A stretch of 63,425 nucleotides of DNA, counting the filler, from a bacterium (GTDB lineage Bacteria; JADJOY01), in the NCBI GenBank assembly GCA_046331705.1. It is 3 parts of 3 records of this genome, joined end to end, with 100 filler letters (N's around TTAATTAATTAA, not from the genome) between each part and the next. Parts side by side here need not be neighbours in the genome. Positions count along the whole stretch, not along the records: positions 1 to 22,464 come from JAXLQJ010000086.1; positions 22,565 to 44,988 come from JAXLQJ010000087.1; 1 more part is not named here. The stretch is one strand, 5' to 3'. Shown here piece by piece: positions 19,361 to 28,658 of the stretch. The notes under the pieces were generated by a model, which was given only the letters and a program-made list of their open reading frames with translations, had not been told where the DNA came from and did not search any database. The first letter of the stretch is position 1; each line of letters starts with the position of its first letter. Both the position numbers and the translations under genes were made by a program.

Positions 19361-20002
19361 TCAGCCGTACGCCCGAATGAACGGATTGAAGCGCTTCTCC
19401 TGGCCCACCGTCGTCGACGGCCCGTGGCCCGGGATCACCAGCGTGTCGTCGGGGAGCGTCATGAGCCGATCGCGGATCGACGTCATGATCGCCTCGAAAT
19501 CCCCGCCCCAGAGATCGGTTCGGCCGATGCTGCCCTGAAAGAGCGTGTCGCCGGCGATCAGCGGGCCGCCGTTCACGAGGAAGCACAGGCTGCCGGGAGT
19601 GTGCCCCGGAGTGTGGATGACGCTGGCCGTGACGGCGCCGGCGGTGACCGTGTTCTCGTCGACGAGGAAGCGATCGACCTCGACCTCGCGCGGCTTCGGG
19701 AAATGGAACATCTGGGCCTGCATCGGCAGCGCCTGGAGCAGTCCGAGATCGCCCTCGTGCAGCGCCACCGGCGCGCCGGTGGCGAGCTGCAGATCGCCGG
19801 TGCCACCCACGTGATCCAGATGCGCGTGCGTGTGCACGATCGCCTTGCAGACGAGCCCGAGCTCGCTCAGTCGGAACTTGACGAGGTCGATGTCCCCACC
19901 CGGATCCACGACGATCGCGTCCTTGCTGACCGGATCGCCGAGAATCACGCAATTGCACTGGAGCGGTCCCACCGTGAGCCGTTCCTGGATGAGCGTCGTC
20001 AT
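19361..20002 (-). CDS. MBL-fold metallo-hydrolase (YcbL/glyoxalase II-like)
   Basis: THAHLDHVGG, HTPGHTPGS, GDTLF, IGRTDL, PGHG. Confidence 0.92.
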   Translation of the reverse strand: MTTLIQERLTVGPLQCNCVILGDPVSKDAIVVDPGGDIDLVKFRLSELGLVCKAIVHTHAHLDHVGGTGDLQLATGAPVALHEGDLGLLQALPMQAQMFHFPKPREVEVDRFLVDENTVTAGAVTASVIHTPGHTPGSLCFLVNGGPLIAGDTLFQGSIGRTDLWGGDFEAIMTSIRDRLMTLPDDTLVIPGHGPSTTVGQEKRFNPFIRAYG

Positions 20003-20170
20003 GCGTTCCACCCCCTCGGCGCGGAAGCTATCCGCGCGCTCGCGACGGGGTCAACGCGAACGGCCGGACACGCCCGCTCACCCACGACGCACGGATTCCT
20101 TGACACTCACGCGGCGCGGACGCTACTTGCAAGCGCGTTCGTCCCCTCGCGCACTTCGCAGGAACCCGCC

Positions 20171-21118
20171 ATGCCCGAACCCTTACTCGTGAAATGCCGC
20201 AAGTGCGGGCTGGTCTTCGACAAGCACCTCAACCGGACCTGCCCCAAGTGCGAGCCACGAACGCGTCCCGGCGCGGCGCCGCCGCCCGAAGCCAAGACTC
20301 CTCTGGGCGCGGGCGCGGCGGGCGCCGCGACCGACGCCGCTGCCAGCGCGCGGCCCGCGCGGCAGCTTCCGATGCCCGAGCGGCGCGTGGTGGGCGCCCT
20401 CGTGCTGGGAGCGATTCTCGGCGCAGCCGGATCGCTCGTCGTGTGGAACCAACGCGCCCACACGGGTGCGCTCGTCGCCTTGCCGACTCCCTCGGTCACC
20501 GACGCGGGCGCGAGTGGCGGTGAACGCGCCGCCGCCGGGCCGCCTCCGCCACCGATCGCGTCCACGGTGATCGCCGCTCCGGGTGAGACCGCGCCGGCGC
20601 AGCCGATCGAGCTCGTGGACGCCCACGCGGGAGCGCCCCGCGAGGACGGGTCACGGGAATACACCGTCGTGCTCGCGAATCGAACCCCCAACACGGTGAA
20701 GGATCTCCACGTCCACGGCATCGGCGAGGACAAGAAGGGCCAACGCCTCGTGACCGACGACGTCGCCGTGAATCCGCCGCTGCTCGGGACCTCGCGCCAA
20801 GCGACCGCGACGATCGCCGTGAAGGCGGGAGGCGTGCTCCACGAGTTCGTGGTGTCGGGCTGGGTGCAGCACGGCGCGACGCTGAGGCTCGACGCACACG
20901 GCGACGAGCCGGTCGCCACCAGCGCCGAGTCGGCATCGCGGCCCGCTGGCGAGGAAGCCGCCCCCAAAGCGCAGGGATACGCACCGCGAGCGGTTGCGCC
21001 CCGCGACCCGCCGAGCGACGCAGCGAGCGATACGCCCAGCGCGGTGCCGAGCGAGGCGCCGAGCGAGGCGGCGAGAGCGGCGGGGGAAGCTGCCCAGCCT
21101 GGCGAAGCGACCGAGTAG
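20171..21118 (+). CDS. Hypothetical protein: N-terminal zinc ribbon, single TM, extracytoplasmic beta domain
   Basis: CRKC-x11-CPKC, TM VVGALVLGAILGAAGSLVVW, Ig-like strands YTVVLANRT...VKDLHVHG. Confidence 0.65.
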   Translation: MPEPLLVKCRKCGLVFDKHLNRTCPKCEPRTRPGAAPPPEAKTPLGAGAAGAATDAAASARPARQLPMPERRVVGALVLGAILGAAGSLVVWNQRAHTGALVALPTPSVTDAGASGGERAAAGPPPPPIASTVIAAPGETAPAQPIELVDAHAGAPREDGSREYTVVLANRTPNTVKDLHVHGIGEDKKGQRLVTDDVAVNPPLLGTSRQATATIAVKAGGVLHEFVVSGWVQHGATLRLDAHGDEPVATSAESASRPAGEEAAPKAQGYAPRAVAPRDPPSDAASDTPSAVPSEAPSEAARAAGEAAQPGEATE

Positions 21119-21183
21119 CACGCGGCCGCGGCCGCACCGCCGGCCGCACCGCGCACGCGACGAGCGCACCGAGCCCCACCCCC

Positions 21184-21663
21184 ATGACCAATACCGGCGC
21201 GTTCGTGGTGACGAGCTTGGTGGCGGCAGTCGTGATCGCCACCGCCGTAGTCCAGGCGCGCAGCGAGATCGAGCGGCTGCGTCTCGGCGGCCGCGATCCG
21301 TTCGTCTCACGCCGCCGCACGGTGCGACGGGTCGCCGCCGCCGCCGTGCTCGTGGTGCTGATGGTGATGCTCTTCTACGGCATCAACTACGGCGAGAGCC
21401 TCGTTCCGCGGCAGCGCTTCCTGCGCTTCTGGAACACCTGCTTCGCGCTGGTGCCGGCGCTGGTGGTGCTGGCGCTGCTCGACGCCTGGGAAACCCACCA
21501 GGTCGTGAAGCGCCAGATGCGCGCGGAGCTCTCGCACGCGTTGCGAAAGCTCGAAGAAGAGCTGAGCGCGGCCGAACGCAAGCTCGCCGGACGCGCGGCA
21601 CCGTCAGCGGAAGGCGATGGCGCAGCGCTCGGCTCGCCCACCTCGGACGACTCGGATCGTTGA
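21184..21663 (+). CDS. Hypothetical membrane protein
   Basis: Three hydrophobic segments and a C-terminal coiled-coil. Confidence 0.6.
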   Translation: MTNTGAFVVTSLVAAVVIATAVVQARSEIERLRLGGRDPFVSRRRTVRRVAAAAVLVVLMVMLFYGINYGESLVPRQRFLRFWNTCFALVPALVVLALLDAWETHQVVKRQMRAELSHALRKLEEELSAAERKLAGRAAPSAEGDGAALGSPTSDDSDR

Positions 21664-21715
21664 TGCGCGCGCGAGCGGCCCGAGGCCCGAAGCGCGCCGC
21701 CGCCGCGGGACCACG

Positions 21716-21967
21716 TCAATTGATCGCGTCGGGAATCACCACGAAGCTCAGATACGCGGCGCCCGCGGCGAGCGCGAGCAACAACACGACCAGCAGCGTG
21801 GTCCCCAGCTGCTCCTCGCCCGGAAGGCTCGACTTCTTCCGCGGCAGATCCGGGTCGTTCTGAGGCGACGGCGGCAAGCTCTCCTCGGCGTTCGGACGAG
21901 GCGCCCGATGCTGCGAGCAACCCGGCACCACCGCCACCGTCCCGAGGACGAGCAACGCGCCGAACAT
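21716..21967 (-). CDS. Small hypothetical lipoprotein/membrane protein (start uncertain)
   Basis: MFGALLVLGTVAVVPGC lipobox-like site and a C-terminal TM. Confidence 0.4.
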   Translation of the reverse strand: MFGALLVLGTVAVVPGCSQHRAPRPNAEESLPPSPQNDPDLPRKKSSLPGEEQLGTTLLVVLLLALAAGAAYLSFVVIPDAIN

Positions 21968-22284
21968 CAACGCGCGCGCCGTGGGCCTGCGCGATCGCGA
22001 CAGCTGGGCGCGAAACGAGCACGCCGTCACGTCGAGCCGAGAGTCGAACCGCTGCATCTGCACGGCGACCCGTTTACCACCCGCGGCGGCCGCTGCCCAG
22101 CTCGAGCGCGAGCGCGGGCGCACGATCGCGGGCCGCAAGTCTCCGTCGTCGAGGTCGTCGAGTGCAGGTCGTCGAGTGCCACACACCTGCCGGCCGACCC
22201 CAGCGCCGCCAGCGCGCGCCCGTCGAAGCACGCGGAAAATCACGGCGCTGCGCGCAACCCGCCCACGAGCCGCGCACGTGCCGA

Positions 22285-22314
22285 TTGACGCCTCGAAAAA
22301 CGGTCACATACACT
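22285..22314 (+). promoter_or_regulatory. sigma-70-type promoter for tRNA-Leu
   Basis: TTGACG-18 nt-TACACT. Confidence 0.55.
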
Positions 22315-22392
22315 CGCCCGCTTCGAAGCGACCGCCGCCCTCGTTCGACGCCACCGTGCGCCGAATCTCGGCAGTCGCATCGGTGCACGAAC

Positions 22393-22464
22393 GCGAGGAT
22401 GGTGGAATTGGTAGACACGCCAGCTTGAGGGGCTGGTGGCCGCAAGGCTGTGGGGGTTCGAGTC
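22393..22464 (+). tRNA. tRNA-Leu(GAG), 3' end truncated by the contig end
   Basis: GCGAGGATGGTGGAATTGGTAGACACG-CCAGC-TTGAGGG-GCTGG, long variable arm, GGGGGTTCGAGTC then Ns. Confidence 0.93.
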
Positions 22465-22564
22465 NNNNNNNNNNNNNNNNNNNNNNNNNNNNNNNNNNNN
22501 NNNNNNNNTTAATTAATTAANNNNNNNNNNNNNNNNNNNNNNNNNNNNNNNNNNNNNNNNNNNN
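22465..22564. other. Artificial contig-joining spacer
   Basis: N44-TTAATTAATTAA-N44; the linker gives stops in all six frames. Confidence 0.97.
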
Positions 22565-23814
22565 CCACGCTTCACACCGGCGAGCGCGTCGTCATCAAGG
22601 TGCAGCGCCCTGGCCTGCAGCGGATCATCGGCAACGACCTCGACATCCTGACGTTCCTGGCGGATCTGGTGCACGACAACGTGCCCGAGGCCCGTCAGTT
22701 CGATCCCAAGGGGTTGGTCGCGAACTTCGCCCAGTCGATCGTGAAGGAGATCGACTTCACGCGCGAGGCGTTCAACATCCTCAAGTTCCAGGACAACTTC
22801 CGCGACGTTCCGTGGATGAAGGCGCCGACGGTCTACACCGCGCTCTCCACGTCGAAGATCCTCACCATGGAGTTCATCGACGGCATCAAGGCGTCGAACC
22901 TCAAGGCCATCGACGAGGCCGGCCTCGACCGCAAGCTCTTGGCCACGCGCGGCACCGAAGGCGTGCTCAAGATGATCTTCGTGGACGGCTTCTTCCACGC
23001 CGATCCGCACCCCGGAAACATCTTCGTCCTGCCGGGGAACGTCTTCTGCCTGATCGATTACGGCATGATGGGCACGGTCGACGACGAGCGCGTCGACGAG
23101 CTGCTGGTGTTCTTGGTGGGGCTGCTCACCGGCGACATGGACCGCGTGGTGCAACTCTTCTATCGCCTGGAGCTGATCGACGACCGCGTCAACGTCCGCG
23201 CGCTCAAGGCCGAGGGCAAGGCGCTCCTCGACCGCTACGGGAACCAATCGCTCAAGGACATCGACATCGCGGTCTTCATCACCGAGGTGTTCGAGACCAT
23301 CCAGCGCCACCACGTGGCGTTGCCGGCGGACCTGTTGCTGATGGCGAAGGCCGTCGCCACCATCGAGGGCATCGCGCAGGAGCTCTATCCCGAGTACGAC
23401 CCGCTCACCGAGATGCGGACGTACCTGCTCAAGATCTACACCAAGCGTCTCACCGATCCCGCGTACCTCTTCAAGGGCGTCTATCACGCGGTCGATTCGT
23501 ACGTTTACTTGCTCCGGAAGCTGCCGCGCGAGCTGGAATCGATCGTCTCCAAGCTGCGCAAGGGTGAGCTCAGCGTGCGCGTCGAGGACGTCGACGCGCG
23601 GCGCGCGGCCCGCGCCCACGAGCGCGCGCTCAACCGACTCACGCTCGCGATCTTCTATCTCGCCACCGGCATCGGCTCGACCATCCTGCTCATCGAGCCC
23701 CGTGGACCCCACGTCCTGGGGATGCCGGCCACCACCCTCGTGGGCGTGCTCGGCCTGCTTCTCGCGCTCACCGTCGCAGCGATTCTGGGGCTCAGCTTCC
23801 TGCGCTCCGACTGA
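22565..23814 (+). CDS. ABC1/AarF/UbiB family kinase (5'-truncated)
   Basis: VVIKVQRPG, EIDFTREA, LTMEFIDG, FFHADPHPGN, LIDYGMMG, two C-terminal TMs. Confidence 0.92.
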
Positions 23815-24014
23815 CCGCGAGTCTCGCTGCCCGCGTGTGGGTGAGCGTTCCGGGGGTCGCGGTCACGCACGCCCGTTCCGTGCACGTCGGGAACGTCGCG
23901 CTGGTACGAGACGCGTGGGGTTCCTTCGCGGCGGGGCGCACGGATCGTCTGCCGCGAGCTGCGGGCGCTGCGTGGAGGTGGCGATGAAGACGAAGTCGCA
24001 CGACCGCTGCGGGG

Positions 24015-26285
24015 TCAGGTCGTGCGCACGACGGTGTCGAGCGCCTGTCGCACCGAGAGCGCCAGGTCCGCGATGACGAATGGCTTCTGCAGGAACGCGC
24101 GCACGCCGGCGGTGGCCACCACGTCGGCCGACATCATCTCGCCGAGACCCGAGGTGAGGATCACCGGCTGTGAGAGATGCCCGCGACGCATCGCCTCCGC
24201 GAGCTCGAGCCCCGTCATCTCCGGCATGGTCTGATCCGTCACCACCAGCTCGATCGGTGCACCGCCGTCGGAGAGCCGCTCGAGCGCTTTCCGTCCGTTG
24301 GCCGCCGACTCGACGTGGTAGCCGAGCTTGGTGAGGATGCGCTCGCCGAAGAGCCGGATGCTGGGCTCGTCGTCCACGAACAGGATGCGCTCGCCTCGAC
24401 CGCGCGGTGCAGCCGGGCCCGTTTCCGCGGCGTGCTCCGCCTGGGTGCTCACTCGCGGCAGGTAGACGCGGAACGTGGTGCCCTTGCTCGGCTCGCTGTA
24501 GACGGTGACGTCGCCGCCGCACCCGGTGACGATGCCGAGCACCGTCGGCAGCCCCAGGCCAGTGCCGCGGCCGCGCTCCTTGGTGGTGAAGAACGGATCG
24601 AAGATCCGCTCCAAGGTCGCGCGATCCATGCCGCACCCGGTGTCGGCCACCGTCAGCCTCACGTACTCGGTGCCGGGCATGAGCCGGGTACCTTCGTGGG
24701 CGCCGTCAACGTCGGTCTTCACGCGATCGAGGCTCACCGAGAGCGTTCCGCCCTGGCCATCCATGGCGTGGAACGCGTTGGTGCAGAGGTTCATCACCAC
24801 TTGGTGGAGCTGGGTGGGATCGGCCACCACCCTCCCCACGTCGCGATCGAAGGTGCGGGCGATCTCGATCGTGGACGGCAGCGACGCGCGCAGCAGGTTG
24901 AGCGCCTCGTTCACCACCGGCCGGATCTCGATCGGTCGCCGGACGTCCTCCACCTGGCGACTGAAGGTGAGGATCTGGCGCACCAGATCGCGAGCGCGTT
25001 GCGCGGCCTGCAGCACCGAGGTGAGGTCCGCACGGATCGGGCTCTCACTCGGCAGCGAATCGAGGGAGATCTCGGTGAAGCCCAGGATCGCCACCAGGAT
25101 GTTGTTGAAGTCGTGGGCGATCCCGCCGGCGAGGGTGCCGATCGCTTCCAGCTTCTGCGAGCGCCGCAGGCGCAGCTCGACCTCGCGCTCGTGCGACACG
25201 TCGCTGAGCACGACGATGCTCCCGACCGCGGCGTCATCGGGGGCGCGGATCGGGGAGATCTTCACGTCGAGCTCGAGCGCGCCCACGGTGTCTTGGCCGT
25301 GCTGCCCGACGATCGTTCCGGTGCGGATCTCGCCGCTCGCCGCCGGCCCCGGATCCGCGGTCGAGGCCGAGCCCGTGTCCAGCGCAGCCACCAGCGCGCC
25401 GAGATTCGCGCCCAGCGTACGGCCGCTCTTCTCGGCGAGCTGCACGAACGCCGGATTTCGATACAGGAACTCGCCATCCGAGTCGGCGATCGCGACGCCG
25501 TCGGCGAGCTGTTCGATCGCCGTGACCAGCCGGGCGACGCTCTCCTGCGCGCGGCGCCGGCCTTCGATCTCCTCCCGCAGCCGCGCGTGGCTGGCGCGCA
25601 GCTCCTCCTGTTCGCGGGCGAGCGAGGCGTGTGCCTCGCGCTCGTTCTCGATCGTGCCCGCCAGGCCTTCGAGCAGCGTCGCGAGCGCCATCGCCACCAC
25701 GCCGCTCACGAACAGGAAGTTGAGGCTCACGATCGTCCACTGGTGAAGCGCGGTGCCGGTGATGCGCAGCGCGAAGCTCACGTTCGCGAGGCCGAGCGCG
25801 CCGAACCCCATGAGCGTGACGGCGCTCACCGCGATGGTGGCGAGCGCGGTGCGCCAGCCAAGCAGCACCGCGGCGAAGAGCGACACCGAGAAGAGATAGA
25901 TCTCGCTCACCGGACCCACCTCGACGAGCAAGACGACCGAGAGCAGGTACGCGAGACCGACGAGCTGCAGCGAGCGCGAGCGATAGGACATGCGCCGCGA
26001 TCGCGCCAGCACGGTGACCCACACGAGACCGATCGTGTCGCCGACGATCACCGCTGGCAGGTCGTCGCGCAGCGCCGCAAACACGCTCGGCACGTACACC
26101 AGGGTGCCGAGCCACACGGTTGCGCGCAGCACCGTCGAGAGGATGCGCTCGCGCCACCGCTCGAGCGACTCTCCCGGCTGAGGCCGCGGCAGCGTCCCCA
26201 CGCGCCGCCAGACGGCTCCCACCAGCGACGCGAGACGGCTCCGCAGCGGCGAGTCCGGGGGCCGGGGGCGAAGGGGGGCGTTCAT
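24015..26285 (-). CDS. Membrane-bound hybrid histidine kinase (TM-PAS-HisKA-HATPase-REC)
   Basis: About 6 TMs, QKLEAIGTLAGGIAHDFNNIL, NLCTNA, DTGCGM, FDPFFTTK, GTGLGL, REC VVTDQTMP. Confidence 0.93.
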   Translation of the reverse strand: MNAPLRPRPPDSPLRSRLASLVGAVWRRVGTLPRPQPGESLERWRERILSTVLRATVWLGTLVYVPSVFAALRDDLPAVIVGDTIGLVWVTVLARSRRMSYRSRSLQLVGLAYLLSVVLLVEVGPVSEIYLFSVSLFAAVLLGWRTALATIAVSAVTLMGFGALGLANVSFALRITGTALHQWTIVSLNFLFVSGVVAMALATLLEGLAGTIENEREAHASLAREQEELRASHARLREEIEGRRRAQESVARLVTAIEQLADGVAIADSDGEFLYRNPAFVQLAEKSGRTLGANLGALVAALDTGSASTADPGPAASGEIRTGTIVGQHGQDTVGALELDVKISPIRAPDDAAVGSIVVLSDVSHEREVELRLRRSQKLEAIGTLAGGIAHDFNNILVAILGFTEISLDSLPSESPIRADLTSVLQAAQRARDLVRQILTFSRQVEDVRRPIEIRPVVNEALNLLRASLPSTIEIARTFDRDVGRVVADPTQLHQVVMNLCTNAFHAMDGQGGTLSVSLDRVKTDVDGAHEGTRLMPGTEYVRLTVADTGCGMDRATLERIFDPFFTTKERGRGTGLGLPTVLGIVTGCGGDVTVYSEPSKGTTFRVYLPRVSTQAEHAAETGPAAPRGRGERILFVDDEPSIRLFGERILTKLGYHVESAANGRKALERLSDGGAPIELVVTDQTMPEMTGLELAEAMRRGHLSQPVILTSGLGEMMSADVVATAGVRAFLQKPFVIADLALSVRQALDTVVRTT

Positions 26286-26669
26286 CGTGACGGACTCGTC
26301 CTCGACGCGTGGTGCAGTCCGGCCCGGTGTCAGGCCCCGACGGGCGCTTCGCCTCACGGTAGGCCAGCGGCCTATCGTAAGAAGCCGAGTTGTATCCGGG
26401 GTTTCAGGCTTCGGGCGAGTCTCCTCGCGCACTCGGTGTGCAAGAACGCCGCCGCGCGACGGTCCTGGGCCGCCCCAGGGGCGATCGTGCCCTGGCGCCC
26501 TAGGTGGAAGTATCCACGCATGTGAGCCCGCTCACGTACGAGCAGCGCGTCGAGCTCGCGATCGAGGGCTCGCTCGTGCGGGGATCGCGCGCGAACCGGG
26601 ACGTGTCGTCGTGAAGCTTCCACCGCTCGCGTTGTGGTGCCGCACGCGCTACGCGTATCGTCGAGTGGC

Positions 26670-27944
26670 ATGAATCCGTCGCTCGCCCCGCAGTTGGATG
26701 GCGAGGCTTCGCTCGCGCGCGGCAATGCTCGCGCGAACAAGCCTGCCAGGTCGACTCGCGCCGCGCCGCGGCAGCGTGCAGGGTGGAACGCCCTTCGGCT
26801 CGTCGTGGCGCTCTCGTGCGTGACGACCGCTGCTTGCACGCCGGAGCGATTCCAGCGATTGCTCACCGACACACATGCCGCCATTGGCTACGCGGTGCGG
26901 CCGACTCCGGCGGGTGGCTACGTCGTCGCCGGTTCCGCGGCGTTCCCCGGCCAGGTGAGCCCGATGACTCTGGTCGACACCGGGGCGGATGGCGAGCCGA
27001 TCTGGGCTGCCCCGATCGGCTCGAGCGTCATGGGTTGGGCCACGCACGTGGTTCCGGTGGTTGGCGGCGAGCTCGTCGCTTGCGGTACCGAGCTGCCCAA
27101 TCCGCCGGGACCGCCGCAGCTTCTAGCGCTCAGCCAGGTGGACGCCGCCGGTGCCGTCGAGTGGCATCGGGTGCTCGCGGCCCTGCCGCCGGGCAGCAAC
27201 GAGAGCGCCGAGTGTCAAGGGCTCGAGCCGGCGCTCGATGGCGGGTATCGGCTGATCTGGAAGCTCAATCAGGCACCTCCCGGGCAGACCGCGCGCGTGT
27301 GGGTGCTGGCCACCGACGCCGCTGGAGCCGAGATCTGGCGTCACCCCATCGAGGGCGGCGTGTCGGGCCCAGCGGCGCTCACCGTCACACCCGATGGGCA
27401 CACGATCGTCGCGGCGACGACCAGCTTGCTCGAGGTGCGTCTTCTCGATCTCGACGCGACTGGAAACGAGCAGTGGACGCGCACCTATGCCAGCAGCGTC
27501 TTCCGCGGCGCGGTCATCACCAGCATCGACGGGACGCAGGACGGTGCGTTCTTCCTCGTCGGGTCGATCGTGTCGCCCTTGACGCACGTGACAGCCGCCG
27601 CGCTCATCAAGATCGACCGCGCCGGGTCGATCGTCTGGACCCGTTATCCGTCCGACTTCGACGGAGACACGGTGATCAGCGACGGAGTGCATGGTCTCTA
27701 CGGCGGCTACGCGGCGGTCGGCTGGCAGCTAGCCCCCGAGTCGGGCTGCCTGCTCGTGAAGACCAGCGACGCCGGCGAAGTGGAGTGGAGCCGCCTCTTC
27801 GGACCGCCGGGCGTTGCGCGCGGCTGCACGAGCGTGCGCTCGACCCGAGATGGCGGCTTCGTGTTCACGGGGCTCTACTCGCCAGGAGACATGTACCTCG
27901 TCAAGACGGATTCGACAGGCGACGCAGGTCCACCCCCCGCGTAG
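26670..27944 (+). CDS. Secreted/lipoprotein with beta-propeller-like repeats
   Basis: LSCVTTAAC lipobox-like site; repeats 'TxDGGxVxxG...LVKTDxxGxxxW'; start uncertain. Confidence 0.7.
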   Translation: MNPSLAPQLDGEASLARGNARANKPARSTRAAPRQRAGWNALRLVVALSCVTTAACTPERFQRLLTDTHAAIGYAVRPTPAGGYVVAGSAAFPGQVSPMTLVDTGADGEPIWAAPIGSSVMGWATHVVPVVGGELVACGTELPNPPGPPQLLALSQVDAAGAVEWHRVLAALPPGSNESAECQGLEPALDGGYRLIWKLNQAPPGQTARVWVLATDAAGAEIWRHPIEGGVSGPAALTVTPDGHTIVAATTSLLEVRLLDLDATGNEQWTRTYASSVFRGAVITSIDGTQDGAFFLVGSIVSPLTHVTAAALIKIDRAGSIVWTRYPSDFDGDTVISDGVHGLYGGYAAVGWQLAPESGCLLVKTSDAGEVEWSRLFGPPGVARGCTSVRSTRDGGFVFTGLYSPGDMYLVKTDSTGDAGPPPA

Positions 27945-28276
27945 CCAACGCAATCCTTCGTCGCGCTCGGCGCGCTGGAGCGCGGCGCGTCCGATCCGGC
28001 CCTGACGTGCCAGCGCATGGGCCAGCCGCTTCAGCGTCGAGCTCGCACCGAACCGGATTCGAGCCTGACTCGCGGGAGCGCGGTGGACGAGGCCGCGAAT
28101 CCGTTGGTGAGCAATCTGCGGCCGGAGAGCCGCTGGGACTTGGTGGAGTGTGCTGCGGTGACGTCGACGACCGGGCAGTGGTAGAAGCGCTCAGCGCGAC
28201 GAGCCAGTCGCGCGAGATCCTGAAGCGGGGCAGTCCCGATCGATTCGAGCAGATTCCAACCTGAAGGAGGGTTCGG

Positions 28277-28507
28277 ATGCGCGCCACACGAACTCGGATG
28301 TTGCTGGTCATCGTCGGCCTCGCGGGCCTCGTCTGCTCCGTTTATGGGGCGTCTGCCGCCACGGCGAGATCGTCACGCAACTCCCGCGAGTACTGCCAGG
28401 AGCTGGCCAGCGATTGCGAGCGCAACTGTGAGTCCGGTGACGCCGCGAAGGAAGCAGCCTGCCAGCGCGATTGCGCGCGGCGGTACCAGGAGTGCCTGAA
28501 CGGATAG
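28277..28507 (+). CDS. Small secreted 6-Cys protein
   Basis: Strong RBS AAGGAGG; signal peptide; C-x6-C-x3-C-x10-C-x3-C-x6-C. Confidence 0.75.
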   Translation: MRATRTRMLLVIVGLAGLVCSVYGASAATARSSRNSREYCQELASDCERNCESGDAAKEAACQRDCARRYQECLNG

Positions 28508-28658
28508 GCGCTCTGACTGCCCACGGCGGTCGAGAAGGTCTTCGAGCTGCCCGCCGAAGCCGTCGTGGCGGCGTCGGCGAGCAACTTCCGGCACGAGTCG
28601 TTGCCCTGCTGCGGCCCAGCGCTCGGTGTGGCGAGGCAATGCAGCGAGGCGACGGTCA

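Noticed and set aside
22509-22520. TTAATTAATTAA palindrome (also 45033-45044)
   Set aside because: Centred in identical N spacers; an artificial all-frame-stop contig linker, not biology. Adjacency across it carries no meaning.
2381-23814. SCP2 plus UbiB kinase as a ubiquinone (UbiJ/UbiB) locus
   Set aside because: The genes are 20 kb apart on different contigs; SCP2 sits in an acyl-CoA context.
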